The notes: generated by a model not told the origin, from the sequence alone. Shown: positions 51,403 through 61,263, counted from the stretch's first letter. The stretch is DNA of 64,000 bases from Candidatus Heimdallarchaeota archaeon (GCA_030603365.1 JAUVXV010000001.1:1-64000); one strand, 5' to 3'. A program made the numbers and translations.

Positions 51403-51912
51403 ATGAACATGAAGAAATTACAGGAAAGACCAGGATCAGCACTTTATCCTAATCCAGTGATGCTAGTAACAGCATCTTATGAAGATAAAGAGTCTATTAT
51501 AACTCTCTCTTGGGGAGGAACATGTAGCTCAAATCCACCCTATGTTGCTGTAGCTATAAGAAAAGAAAGGTTTACATACAATCTAATTTACAATTCCAAG
51601 GAATTTGTTGTAAATATACCCACTGCAGATTTGAAGGAATCAGTAGAATTTTGTGGAACAAAATCTGGTAAAGATTTCGATAAATGGAAGGAGTGTAATT
51701 TTACAAAAGAACAAAGCGTGGAAATAAAAACTCCATTTATCTCTGAATGTCCTGTAAACATGGAATGTAAACTACACCAAATTGTTGAATTGGGTTCTCA
51801 TGACTTATTTATCGGTGAAGTAGTAGTTTTACACCTAGATGAGAAATGGAAAGATGAAAAGTATCCCAATTTACTTACTTATGTAAGAGGTATTTACAAA
51901 ACGAGTAAGTGA
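51403..51912 (+). CDS. Flavin reductase-like protein
   Basis: PNPVMLVT, EFVVNIP, GSHDLFIGEV. Confidence 0.92.
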   Translation: MNMKKLQERPGSALYPNPVMLVTASYEDKESIITLSWGGTCSSNPPYVAVAIRKERFTYNLIYNSKEFVVNIPTADLKESVEFCGTKSGKDFDKWKECNFTKEQSVEIKTPFISECPVNMECKLHQIVELGSHDLFIGEVVVLHLDEKWKDEKYPNLLTYVRGIYKTSK

Positions 51913-51926
51913 TTACAATCAAAATT

Positions 51927-52003
51927 TGGTGATTGAACAGGGATTTGAACCTAAGCTCTTTTACTCCTGAAACAAAAATCGTACCAAACTAGACTACTAA
52001 ATC
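51927..52003 (-). pseudogene. Degenerate tRNA-like gene (Pro-like body, anticodon CAG, short variable loop); CCA encoded
   Basis: Reverse complement GATTTAG-TA-GTCTAGTTTGGTACGAT-T-TTTGT-TTCAGGA-GTAAA-AGAGC-TTAGG-TTCAAAT-CCCTG-TTCAATC-A-CCA; one acceptor-stem and two T-stem mismatches. Confidence 0.75.
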
Positions 52004-52046
52004 TGCGTTACGCACGTTATGAAACTTGGTTAAACTTGCAAGAGGC

Positions 52047-52053
52047 TTTATAA
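52047..52053. promoter_or_regulatory. TATA-like box between the tRNA-like gene and the structured element
   Basis: TTTATAA, near-palindromic, in a ~60-nt divergent spacer. Confidence 0.35.
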
Positions 52054-52066
52054 CCGTCGTTTAAGT

Positions 52067-52395
52067 GGATCCCCTCACGTGCGTTGAGGGGAAGGGATCA
52101 TGAGGATTATGAGGGAGTGGAGAAGAATCGGAGTTTGCACGTGCTCCAGCTTCTTTACTACTCTTGTGCATAGTGCGTCTTGGTTCTGTTGATACTAACT
52201 GAGGGGCAGTTGTTTGAACAACTGCGAACCAAGCTATAGGTGAGTGTTCACCCAGCACTACTCTCTTATTCACACTTTCATATGTAAACTCGTGAAAAAG
52301 ACCGTCCCATTAGGTGCACTAACTCATCCGTGCTTGTATCCGATTACACAGGTAGTAGAACGCTAATGGTAAGATTGAACAAGTTTTCACCCTTC
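52067..52395 (+). ncRNA. Candidate large structured ncRNA of unknown family
   Basis: GC-enriched, no credible ORF, about 10 nested helices; G-U wobbles favour the + strand. Confidence 0.6.
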
Positions 52396-52475
52396 AGTTG
52401 CCTATGGTTTAATTCTCTCTAAATATTTTTTATGTTCTGCACCTATCTTGTAAATCCTTCCCTAAATATTTTATA

Positions 52476-52934
52476 CCTTCAATTGGTGCTAAAACTCTAT
52501 TACTATTGGAATCTAATAGTCAGGTTTATCTTGCTGCTCTCGTGAATATGTCCTTTGTCGCACAAGAAATTAGTAGATTAACTGCAAAGATTACTTCTGA
52601 TATAATACTTATTCCAGCTGGTTATCATGATGATGACGATAATTATACTCTTGAAGATTGGATAACAGCTGTGATTCTAGCTGAAAAGATTTCAAAAATG
52701 ACTTCATATCAAATAGAAGTCAAAGATGATTTTTGGAAGAGAACCCAAACAATTCTTAAGAATCAAACAAAAATTGAAGATCTTCTTAAAAACTCAAAAA
52801 ATGGCATATATTTACAGAAACTAGGATTTGAAAATGATGTTAATTTCTCTATTTCTTTAGATAAGATAAACAATTTTTTGAAAGTGAAAAAATGGCAGAA
52901 TTTCAATGGTTTAAGATGTGTAGAACTAGAATAA
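52476..52934 (+). pseudogene. 5'-truncated 2-phosphosulfolactate phosphatase (ComB)-like gene
   Basis: Only the C-terminal half is present (YLAALVN..VA, IPAG...LED, SKNGIYLQKLGFENDV.F); in-frame stop at 52410-52412. Confidence 0.6.
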
Positions 52935-52997
52935 GTTCAAAATATACAAGATTTAATCTTCTAATGAAGAAATGAAAAAAGAAGGAGATTTGTAAAA

Positions 52998-54440
52998 TCA
53001 GATATCAACTGAATTGAAATCTGTTTTATCGTCTCTTTTATCCATGTGGAATTTATCAATGATTTCTGAAGGAATACGTTTGAGAACTCTGTGGGGATCA
53101 TCGAAAATGGATAACATTTCCCAACCTATGTCTAATGATTCGAATATGGTTCTGTCTTCATGATAATCTTGATTAATAAATCTCTGCTCAAACAGATCTG
53201 CGAATTCTAGAATCTTTTTATCAGTCTCTGAAAGTGATTCATCTCCTACAACAGCAACTAAATCCCTTAGATCTCTACCTGTTGCATAAAGTGCATAAAG
53301 TTGATCTGATACAAATTTGTGATCGCTTCTTGTAGAACCCTGCCCTATTGTGTCCTTCATAAGCCTTGAAAGAGAAGGCAATGGGTTTATTGGTGGATAA
53401 AGACCTTTACGATTTAAAGCAACATCTACATACACTTGCCCTTCAGTAATATACCCGGTAAGATCGGGGACTGGATGAGTAATATCATAGTTTGGTAGAG
53501 TTAGAATAGGAATCTGTGTGATTGATCCTTTCTTATCATGTATTCTCCCTGCTCTCTCATAAATAGTTGAGAAATCTGAATACATATATCCTGGATACCC
53601 TCTTCTACTTGGAACTTCACTTCTAGCTGCTGCGACCTCGCGTAATGATTCTGCGTAAGCAGTCATATCTGTTAGGATTACTAAAACATGATAATTATGT
53701 TCATAAGCAAGATATTCAGCAACTGTTAATGCCAATCGAGGAGTCAATAACCGTTCAATAGCTGGATCATCAGCTAAATTAAGGAAAAGGACTACTTTGT
53801 CCAAAGCACCAGTTGCTTCGAAATCATCACGGAAAAACCTTGCTTCATCAGCAGTGATACCCATAGCTGAAAAGATAACTGCAAATTCCTCTTCTGTTCC
53901 TAATACTTTAGCTTGACGAGCAATTTGGGCTGCGAGCATATTATGAGGTAAACCACTTCCACTAAAGAGCGGTAGCTTTTGACCTCTTACAAGAGTGAGT
54001 AAAGTATCAATTGTACTAATCCCTGTTTCAATGAATTCTTTTGGGTACTGACGAGCTGATGGATTGATTGGAGTTCCAGCTACATCTAATATTTTATCAG
54101 GAATGATGTCTCCTCCACCGTCTATAGATTCACCTCTTCCATTAAAAACACGGCCAAGCATTTCTTTGCTTACACCTATTTTCATTGTTTCTCCGAGAAA
54201 CCTACAAATGGTGTCTTTTGTTTCGAGACCAGAAGTACCTTCAAAACACTGTATTATAGCAAGATCTTTGGACACATCTAATACTTGCCCTCTTCTTCTT
54301 TCTCCTGAGGTGGTTGTGATTTCAGCCATTTCACCATAAGATACTTCTCCCATTCCCCTTAAATTAACAAACATTAATGGTCCTGAAACTTCTGTCACTG
54401 TCTGAAATTCTCTTGCTTCATATCTCTCTTTTATTGTCAT
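52998..54440 (-). CDS. atpB: A/V-type ATP synthase subunit B
   Basis: [39 protein letters not shown]. Confidence 0.97.
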   Translation of the reverse strand: MTIKERYEAREFQTVTEVSGPLMFVNLRGMGEVSYGEMAEITTTSGERRRGQVLDVSKDLAIIQCFEGTSGLETKDTICRFLGETMKIGVSKEMLGRVFNGRGESIDGGGDIIPDKILDVAGTPINPSARQYPKEFIETGISTIDTLLTLVRGQKLPLFSGSGLPHNMLAAQIARQAKVLGTEEEFAVIFSAMGITADEARFFRDDFEATGALDKVVLFLNLADDPAIERLLTPRLALTVAEYLAYEHNYHVLVILTDMTAYAESLREVAAARSEVPSRRGYPGYMYSDFSTIYERAGRIHDKKGSITQIPILTLPNYDITHPVPDLTGYITEGQVYVDVALNRKGLYPPINPLPSLSRLMKDTIGQGSTRSDHKFVSDQLYALYATGRDLRDLVAVVGDESLSETDKKILEFADLFEQRFINQDYHEDRTIFESLDIGWEMLSIFDDPHRVLKRIPSEIIDKFHMDKRDDKTDFNSVDI

Positions 54441-54453
54441 TTTTATCCCTCTG

Positions 54454-56250
54454 TTATTTATCCTCTACCTCAAAGTTTTGAGGTGTTAATCCATCAATTT
54501 CTTTCATAAGTTCATTCAAGCTAGTTTCAACTTCACTTTTTTCAATATATTTCATTCTAGCAATTCTTATTACCAAATCACTTTCAAAGATATCAGCAAC
54601 ATTTGTACCTCTTCTGTGAAGATCTTTGGCTTTTTCATAGAAACGCAGAATTGTCTTTAACATAAGGTATTGTTTTTCTAGACTGCAGAAACTATCAGAT
54701 TCATGGAAAGCATTTTGCTGTAGAAAATCTTCTTTCAGCATTCTTGCAGTCTCAAGAATTATTTTCTCACTTGGTGGTAAAGCATCTGGTCCAACAAGAG
54801 CTACAATGTCCTGGAGTTCCTTGTCTTTTTGTAATAATGCGAGAGATTGTGTTCTTAATTCTGGGAATTCAGGATTTACATTCTGTGAATAGTAATCTTC
54901 TAATGCTGACCAATAGAGTGTATAGCTCAATAAGTAATCAATTGCTGGAAAATGCCTGCGACTTGCTAATTCTTTTGAAAGAGCCCAGAAGACTTTGACA
55001 ATTCTTAAAGTATTTTGTGTAACAGGTTCGCTGAAATCTCCACCAGGAGGACTTACTGCTCCTACTACAGTGATACTAGCTTCTCTTTGTTTTGTACCTA
55101 TTGTTAAAACACGACCTGCTCTTTCATAGTATTGGGCAATTCTCGATGCGAGATAAGCAGGGAATGATTCTTCACCAGGCATTTCTTCCAAACGACCTGA
55201 GATTTCTCTCATTGCTTCAGCCCAACGGGATGTACTATCAGCCATCATAGCAACATCATACCCCATATCTCTAAAGAATTCAGCAAGAGTTATACCAGTA
55301 TATACACTTGCTTCACGAGCAGCTACAGGCATATTTGAAGTATTTGCAATTAGAATAGTACGATCCATAAGAGGACCCCCTGTGTAAGGATCTACAAGTC
55401 TTGGAAATTCTTGGAGTACATCGGTCATCTCATTTCCTCGTTCTCCACATCCAACATAAACTACAATTTTCGCATCTGACCACTTTGCAAGCTGATGCTG
55501 ACTGACAGTTTTTCCAGTTCCAAAACCTCCAGGAATTGCTCCTGTACCTCCTTTAGCAATTGGTGCAAAGGTATCAAAAATTCTTTGACCTGTGATTAAG
55601 GGAATATTAGAAGGCAATCGACTATGATATGGTCTTGGTTGTCTAACTGGCCATTTATGATAAAACTGTAAGTCAACTTTGTCTCCACTAGGTGTTACTA
55701 AAGTTGCTGCAGTATCATCAATATTGTAATCCCCTCTTTGTGCAATAAATTCGATTTTTCCGTTTATTTTTGGAGGTACTAAGAGTTTGAAATCAACTGT
55801 TGGTGTTTCTGGTATCTCTCCAAGAATGTCTCCTCCTAAAACTTTGTCTCCAACTTTTACACTGGGGGCAAAATCCCATAATTTCTTATGGTCTAAACCT
55901 GGAATTTCAATTCCTCTTTCTATGAAATCACCAGAAATTTCACGAATTACAGGTAAAGGTCTTTGAATTCCATCAAAAATTTGTCTGATTAATCCTGGTC
56001 CTAGTTCGACTGATAAAGGTGCATTTGTTAGATATACTGGTTCTCCTGGAGTTAATCCATCTGTACTTTCATACACTTGAATTGTAGCTAAGTCTTCAGT
56101 AAGTTTTATAATCTCGCCAACTAGTTTCTCTTCTCCAACCCTAGCTACATCGTACAATTTGGAACCTAACATGTTAGAAGCCTGAACTACTGGTCCTGAA
56201 ATTCTATCGATATAACCAACCTGTTCTGAATTAGCCATAGTCATTTTCAT
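54454..56250 (-). CDS. atpA: A/V-type ATP synthase subunit A (no intein)
   Basis: [27 protein letters not shown]; start may be ATG 56238. Confidence 0.97.
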   Translation of the reverse strand: MKMTMANSEQVGYIDRISGPVVQASNMLGSKLYDVARVGEEKLVGEIIKLTEDLATIQVYESTDGLTPGEPVYLTNAPLSVELGPGLIRQIFDGIQRPLPVIREISGDFIERGIEIPGLDHKKLWDFAPSVKVGDKVLGGDILGEIPETPTVDFKLLVPPKINGKIEFIAQRGDYNIDDTAATLVTPSGDKVDLQFYHKWPVRQPRPYHSRLPSNIPLITGQRIFDTFAPIAKGGTGAIPGGFGTGKTVSQHQLAKWSDAKIVVYVGCGERGNEMTDVLQEFPRLVDPYTGGPLMDRTILIANTSNMPVAAREASVYTGITLAEFFRDMGYDVAMMADSTSRWAEAMREISGRLEEMPGEESFPAYLASRIAQYYERAGRVLTIGTKQREASITVVGAVSPPGGDFSEPVTQNTLRIVKVFWALSKELASRRHFPAIDYLLSYTLYWSALEDYYSQNVNPEFPELRTQSLALLQKDKELQDIVALVGPDALPPSEKIILETARMLKEDFLQQNAFHESDSFCSLEKQYLMLKTILRFYEKAKDLHRRGTNVADIFESDLVIRIARMKYIEKSEVETSLNELMKEIDGLTPQNFEVEDK

Positions 56251-56375
56251 TACACTCTATATGCTACGCAACTTGTGAATTTCTTTTTTTAAGTTTTGTT
56301 AAATACCTCTATTTGAATAGTTAAAAATAAACTTAAGAAATTTTTGCACTAAACAAGTTGTTATAGTGATGAGGG

Positions 56376-57746
56376 CTATATTTTATATTTTGCAATTGCT
56401 TTTCTAACAAGTTCTAGGCTTTTATTCATAAGAATCTCTGCTCTTTTACTTGTCTTTGCTTCCACAAAAATTCTAAAAATAGACTCAGTACCAGACGGTC
56501 TGATAAGAACCCAACCATCAGAAAAGAACAATTTCACGCCATCAATAGTAATAATTTCATCAGCTTCTTCTACATTATTTTTGATATATTCCATTACTTC
56601 CTCTTTCAAATCTTCAGGACAACTAATCTTATCTTTTCTTTGATAATAATTTGGAAATTCAAGTAGTAAATTGCTTAACCTTTTTTCTGAATTTGCAAGA
56701 ATTTCAGCCATTAAAGCAGCTGCCATCATGCCATCTCTGACACTTTGATGGGGACCATAAAACAGTCCACCATTTTCTTCACCACCTAGGATGCAATTTT
56801 TCTCTATCATTTTACGACTAACATAAATGCAGCCAACAGGTGTCCAGAAAATTTTACCACCAACTTCTTCAATTATATCAGTCATAACTGAAGAAGAGCT
56901 AATTGGGGTTACAAATCTCTTATTTTCATTTTGTTGCAATACCCATTTTTCAAACAGAGCAATTGATTTATCACCGTAATGGATTTTGCCTTTATCATCA
57001 CCGAAAATTGCTCTATCTGCATCTCCATCATGTGCAATGGAGAAATCTGCTCCAGTTTCAGTAGTTATCTTCTTCATTAAACTCAGTCTTTCTGGTACTG
57101 GTTCTACACCTCTCCCTGGAAAACTTCCATCCAATTGGCAGTTTAAACTAATGACTTTAACTCCTAGTTGTCGTAGAAGAATGGGTGTTACTAAACTACC
57201 TACCCCATTTCCCCCATCCACAACAGCTGAAAGTTTTCTTCTTCTAATCTTATCTAAATCAACTAAACCTATCATTCTATCTATATATTCTGATGAAACG
57301 TCAATTTTTGTTATTTCTTTGTTTTCACTCCATCCAACATAACTAAAGTTTTCTTCTTCGTATGTCTGTTCTATTTTCAATTGTTTTGGGGTATCTATTT
57401 CAATACCATCTGAATCAATTACCTTTACTCCATTAAATTCAGGAGGATTATGGCTTGCTGTAACCATTATTCCCATATCTGCTTTCAAAAATGGAACAGC
57501 GAATTGAAGGAGGGGGGTAGGTACTGTTCCTACATCGATTACTTCTGTACCACTTGCTAGGAAACTTGCGATAATAACACTTTTCAGTAAAGGACTACTA
57601 AGTCTCGAATCCGCTCCAATAACCATTGTCCCCTTATCTAACATATAGGAAGCTATAGCAGAACTCATTTTAGATATAAATATGGGGTTCATGTGATTTC
57701 CTACAACTCCACGTATCCCATTGGTACCAAAATACTTCCTTTTCAT
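56376..57746 (-). CDS. Phosphoglucosamine mutase/phosphomannomutase
   Basis: FGTNGIRG, TASHNP, DGDADR, GEENGG, RPSGTE. Confidence 0.93.
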   Translation of the reverse strand: MKRKYFGTNGIRGVVGNHMNPIFISKMSSAIASYMLDKGTMVIGADSRLSSPLLKSVIIASFLASGTEVIDVGTVPTPLLQFAVPFLKADMGIMVTASHNPPEFNGVKVIDSDGIEIDTPKQLKIEQTYEEENFSYVGWSENKEITKIDVSSEYIDRMIGLVDLDKIRRRKLSAVVDGGNGVGSLVTPILLRQLGVKVISLNCQLDGSFPGRGVEPVPERLSLMKKITTETGADFSIAHDGDADRAIFGDDKGKIHYGDKSIALFEKWVLQQNENKRFVTPISSSSVMTDIIEEVGGKIFWTPVGCIYVSRKMIEKNCILGGEENGGLFYGPHQSVRDGMMAAALMAEILANSEKRLSNLLLEFPNYYQRKDKISCPEDLKEEVMEYIKNNVEEADEIITIDGVKLFFSDGWVLIRPSGTESIFRIFVEAKTSKRAEILMNKSLELVRKAIAKYKI

Positions 57747-57900
57747 TAATCACATAAAATCTTGAGAGGTTAAATTTCTTTCGACAACTTAAATAGAACA
57801 GAAATTTATTTTAAGATTCCATTTTTAAGGTGCAACAGAATCTTTTAAAAACGTCTTCAATGCTTATCATTTAACCTAAAGGAAATACCGTGGTCGAAAA

Positions 57901-58209
57901 ATGAGTGTTGAATTTCTTAAAGAAATTAGAAAAGTCGAAAGAGATTGTGAAGAGAAAATCAAAAAAGCTGAAACTGCTAAAGATAGCGCTGTAATGGATG
58001 CTGAGAAAAATAGTGTTTTACAAGTTAGAAACGCAGAAATTCTTGCAAAAGAAGAGGTAGAAAGTATTCTTTCTGGTATACAGGATCGAATTAAAGACGA
58101 ATTTGCTACAATGGACAAAGAGTTTAAAGAAGAAAAAAATAAACTCGATGAAAAAGCAAAGAAAACAGAAAAGAAAGCAGTTGAAGTAATATTCTCTGAA
58201 GTTCTATAG
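57901..58209 (+). CDS. atpH: A/V-type ATPase peripheral stalk subunit H (G)
   Basis: Charged coiled coil (EFLKEIRKVE...KAVEVI), adjacent to subunit F. Confidence 0.7.
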   Translation: MSVEFLKEIRKVERDCEEKIKKAETAKDSAVMDAEKNSVLQVRNAEILAKEEVESILSGIQDRIKDEFATMDKEFKEEKNKLDEKAKKTEKKAVEVIFSEVL

Positions 58210-58211
58210 TA

Positions 58212-58550
58212 GTGATTAGAATGAGTGCTCCCCAAAGAACTAAGATTGTAAGCATTGGTGATGAAGAAACTTCTTTGGGTTTTAAGTTGGCTGGTATATC
58301 TAATGTTTATACAGAAGAGCCAGAAAAAGCATCTTCTTTACTTCGTTCTTTAGCAGAAGATCCTGAAATTGCTATTTTAATAATTACAGAAGAAGTTGCA
58401 GAAGCAAACAAAGATGTTATCAGAAGAATAACAATAAATCCATATCCTGTTATTGTAGAGGTGCCTGGAAAGAAGGCACAATATGCAAGTGCAGAAGATA
58501 AAGTTCGTGCATTAATAAAAATGGCATTGGGCATCGACATAGAAATATGA
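58212..58550 (+). CDS. atpF: A/V-type ATPase subunit F
   Basis: IGDEETSLGFKLAGI, PVIVEVP, ALGIDI. Confidence 0.93.
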   Translation: MIRMSAPQRTKIVSIGDEETSLGFKLAGISNVYTEEPEKASSLLRSLAEDPEIAILIITEEVAEANKDVIRRITINPYPVIVEVPGKKAQYASAEDKVRALIKMALGIDIEI

Positions 58551-58607
58551 TGGAGGAAAAGCCTTTATAGACTTTATTTGTTTATTTTTTAATGGAGACC
58601 AAGTATA

Positions 58608-58880
58608 ATGAATGATAAAATAATTGGTTTAGTTATGATTGTTGGTTCATTATCAATTCTTGGTTTTCTATTTTACTGGACAATATTGATGCCAATTCTT
58701 TGGCCAGAACGTCTTTTTGATGCTTATCTTGGATTAGCAATAGTGTTTTTCATTATTGCTTTTATTGTATTGATTTTCCTAACATGGGTTGGATGGATTT
58801 TCCTAAAGACAAGAGCTCCAAAAGAAGGGATGCTTGAAGCAAAAATAGAACAAATTAATAATTTTGAAATAAAAGATTGA
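58608..58880 (+). CDS. Small 2-TM protein, DPM2-like
   Basis: DKIIG...S......W.ILMP...AY..AI......LKT pattern, as in eukaryotic DPM2. Confidence 0.55.
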   Translation: MNDKIIGLVMIVGSLSILGFLFYWTILMPILWPERLFDAYLGLAIVFFIIAFIVLIFLTWVGWIFLKTRAPKEGMLEAKIEQINNFEIKD

Positions 58881-58892
58881 GAAAGTGATAAT

Positions 58893-59270
58893 ATGATGGG
58901 CGGTAAGAGACCTATATCTCCTCGTGAAGCAAAAAGAATGAAAGCAAGAATGAGACAAATTGAATTGGAAGGAGTTGAAGAAGTTATTATACGTTTCGCT
59001 GACAAGGAAACTGTGATTCATAATCCTTCTGTAGTTAAAGCCTTTATTCCTGGTATGCTGGAATCTGATACCTTCCAAGTTATGGGAGCAGGAACAGATC
59101 GTCCGAGAGGAAGTGAAGAAGGTACAGTAGCAGGTGTCACTGTCACAGACTCTGACGTTGAACTAGTAATGGCTCAAACAGGTTCTTCAAAAGAAGATGC
59201 TAGAAAAGCTCTTGAAGAAGAAAAAGGAGATCTTGCTGGAGCAATTGTAAAACTAAAAACAAAGAAATAA
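58893..59270 (+). CDS. nac: Nascent polypeptide-associated complex protein
   Basis: GVEEVII, FQVMG, UBA-like DVELVMAQTG...GDLAGAI. Confidence 0.95.
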   Translation: MMGGKRPISPREAKRMKARMRQIELEGVEEVIIRFADKETVIHNPSVVKAFIPGMLESDTFQVMGAGTDRPRGSEEGTVAGVTVTDSDVELVMAQTGSSKEDARKALEEEKGDLAGAIVKLKTKK

Positions 59271-59271
59271 C

Positions 59272-59757
59272 TTATTTCTCTTTCTTCAGGCCTTTTCGTG
59301 TAGAAATTGCTACGCCTTTATTCATTTCTTTTATCATTTTTCCTGAAATTCTTGCAGTTCCAATTCCCAGAAATTCATTATTTTGATTAATTATGATTAC
59401 TTCATCTTTGATTGCGATTCGTTGATCAGCTTCTAATACATGTTTTGCGAAAACAGTTTTTCCATCTCTTACAAATGGTTCTGTATCTTGGTTTACCTTT
59501 ACCCTTAGACCAAATCCATTTTGGTGAAGTATTTCTCCTCCTAAGAGGGAAGGAACTAAAAAACCATCACGAACACGAAAAGAGCAAATTCTTTCTTCAT
59601 TTTTGTATATGAAGCGTATCCTGTTTGTTCCCTTAGATCTCTCAACATAGATGTTGTCCGAAAACAAAGCATCTCCTGCTCCTTGTCCAAATTGAAAATC
59701 AGCAATACTTTGAATTTTCTTTAAATCAGAATCATTTGGTTTCTCAAGTTTTGCCAT
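59272..59757 (-). CDS. PUA-domain RNA-binding protein
   Basis: IADFQFG, PFVRDGKTVFAKHV, GVAISTR. Confidence 0.88.
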   Translation of the reverse strand: MAKLEKPNDSDLKKIQSIADFQFGQGAGDALFSDNIYVERSKGTNRIRFIYKNEERICSFRVRDGFLVPSLLGGEILHQNGFGLRVKVNQDTEPFVRDGKTVFAKHVLEADQRIAIKDEVIIINQNNEFLGIGTARISGKMIKEMNKGVAISTRKGLKKEK

Positions 59758-59809
59758 ATAGAAAAAACTTATACAATCAAATAATAAGAATTGTTATCAA
59801 GAAGAACAT

Positions 59810-60643
59810 CTATTTTGTTACATACAAATCAGTGCATAGATGATAGTTTTTAGGAGAATATTTCTTTATTTTTCGAATATTCTTAATTTCAATATCATAA
59901 TCTAATCTTTTTCTTATTCGATCTATGTATTTTTTGGGTTGATTCAAATTGTCTCTAGGAGAAAGACTATGATAATGAATCCATCCTTCTCCTTTTATTG
60001 CTTCTAGACCGCATTTCAATTGTTCTTCATCACTATCAAAATATCCCATCAACACCCTTGTAGCAAAATTTACTGGTGTTTTTTTCCTATTGTCACCATA
60101 AATAGGATAATATCTCTTTTCCACTTTATTTGCTTTAACATTAGTTTCAAGAAAATTAAAAGCCACTTGATTCCACTCTATTCCATAAGCAATTACAGTT
60201 GGTTTATTTACAACAACTGGTAAGGATAAATTACCAATGCAAGCAAACATATCACACAAAATCTCGTTATCTTCAACCTCTTGGATTAATCTTTTTCTCT
60301 CACCTTTATTGCCTGGTGATAATGTTATTTCTGCTACATCTATCTGGAATTCTGTTTTGTATTCACGATGTACGGTAGAGGTTCTAGGTTCTCCTGCAAT
60401 GTGAGATATGATTGGTTTTCTATGAGGGGTTACGGTGTTTAGTTGTTCAACGACCACGTTAATTTGTGAATCAATATCTATTATTATATCTCCTAATAAC
60501 TCTTTATACTTACTAAGGCTTTCATCAACATGGTGAAAAATTGCTATATCTCCTATAACTGAATATCCAGCAGGTAGTTTTTCAAGTAATTCAGTATCAA
60601 TTTTTCCTTGAAATATAGTTTGTAATCTGTCTTTGAGTTTCAT
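59810..60643 (-). CDS. Met-10-like SAM-dependent tRNA modification enzyme (Taw2/TYW2-like)
   Basis: GDIA, ERKR, DMFACIG; RVLMGY and IHYH are TYW2-type rather than the Trm5 MNLP. Confidence 0.8.
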   Translation of the reverse strand: MKLKDRLQTIFQGKIDTELLEKLPAGYSVIGDIAIFHHVDESLSKYKELLGDIIIDIDSQINVVVEQLNTVTPHRKPIISHIAGEPRTSTVHREYKTEFQIDVAEITLSPGNKGERKRLIQEVEDNEILCDMFACIGNLSLPVVVNKPTVIAYGIEWNQVAFNFLETNVKANKVEKRYYPIYGDNRKKTPVNFATRVLMGYFDSDEEQLKCGLEAIKGEGWIHYHSLSPRDNLNQPKKYIDRIRKRLDYDIEIKNIRKIKKYSPKNYHLCTDLYVTK

Positions 60644-60710
60644 TAATACTAATTATATCTTTCAACATCAATTTTTAATATTATCTGCTTTTTATAATTT
60701 ATAGAAGAAA

Positions 60711-61253
60711 ATGGTTTGTACTGCAAAGCTCAACAAAAAATACTCCTTAATTGAAGAAAAAAATGCAAATGACATCTACAGTCAAGGTTGGTTTGGATAT
60801 TTCTCTAAAGGAAATAATCTGAGATTAGATCCATTTGAAACGGTTCTATTGCTTGAACGAAAGAAGATTAATGTTATGAGTAAATTAAACCAGTTATTAG
60901 AACTAAAGGATGTTGTTGCTTATTTTTCAGATAATGATTCCGATTTCTTAATTCATTATCTTTTGTATAAAGATTTACGAAGTAGGGGATATATTGTTAA
61001 GAAACAATCTTTCGAAAGTAAATATTTTGAGCTATACGAACGTGGTGCAACACCAAAGAAAGCAAAACATCTAGCTCTAGTTATCCCCATGGTTGAGGGC
61101 GTTCTATTTGATATTGATGACATCGATCAAATATTATCGGAAACAAAGAAAATAAGTAAACAACTTATCTTCGCAGTAATTGATAGTTTGGGAGATGTTT
61201 CATACTATAGTGTGAGTGAACTGGAATTTGAGAAAATAAACGATAAGGTTTGA
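60711..61253 (+). CDS. endA: tRNA splicing endonuclease subunit
   Basis: LDPFET, YKDLRSRGY, FELYERG, AVID..GDVSYY. Confidence 0.85.
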   Translation: MVCTAKLNKKYSLIEEKNANDIYSQGWFGYFSKGNNLRLDPFETVLLLERKKINVMSKLNQLLELKDVVAYFSDNDSDFLIHYLLYKDLRSRGYIVKKQSFESKYFELYERGATPKKAKHLALVIPMVEGVLFDIDDIDQILSETKKISKQLIFAVIDSLGDVSYYSVSELEFEKINDKV

Positions 61254-61263
61254 GTGAACAGAA

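Noticed and set aside
51927-52003. tRNA-Sec or opal suppressor (TCA occurs in the loop)
   Set aside because: Stem pairing centres CAG, not TCA; no long variable arm or extended acceptor; no in-frame-TGA gene noticed in the window.
52179-52233. Hammerhead ribozyme-like core (CTGAGGG-stem-GAAC)
   Set aside because: Conserved A9 and A15.1 are replaced, there is no convincing stem I, and GAAC pairs better with GTTC.
52061-52273. 70-aa minus-strand ORF
   Set aside because: Atypical composition; better explained as a by-product of the GC-rich structured element.
52067-52395. SRP RNA or RNase P RNA (similar length)
   Set aside because: No helix-8 CAGG-GNRA-AGCAG motif and no GAGGAAAGUCC/P4 partner on either strand by eye. 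A cmscan run is still needed.
54454-56250. Intein in atpA
   Set aside because: Normal length (598 aa) with a continuous GCGERGNE region.
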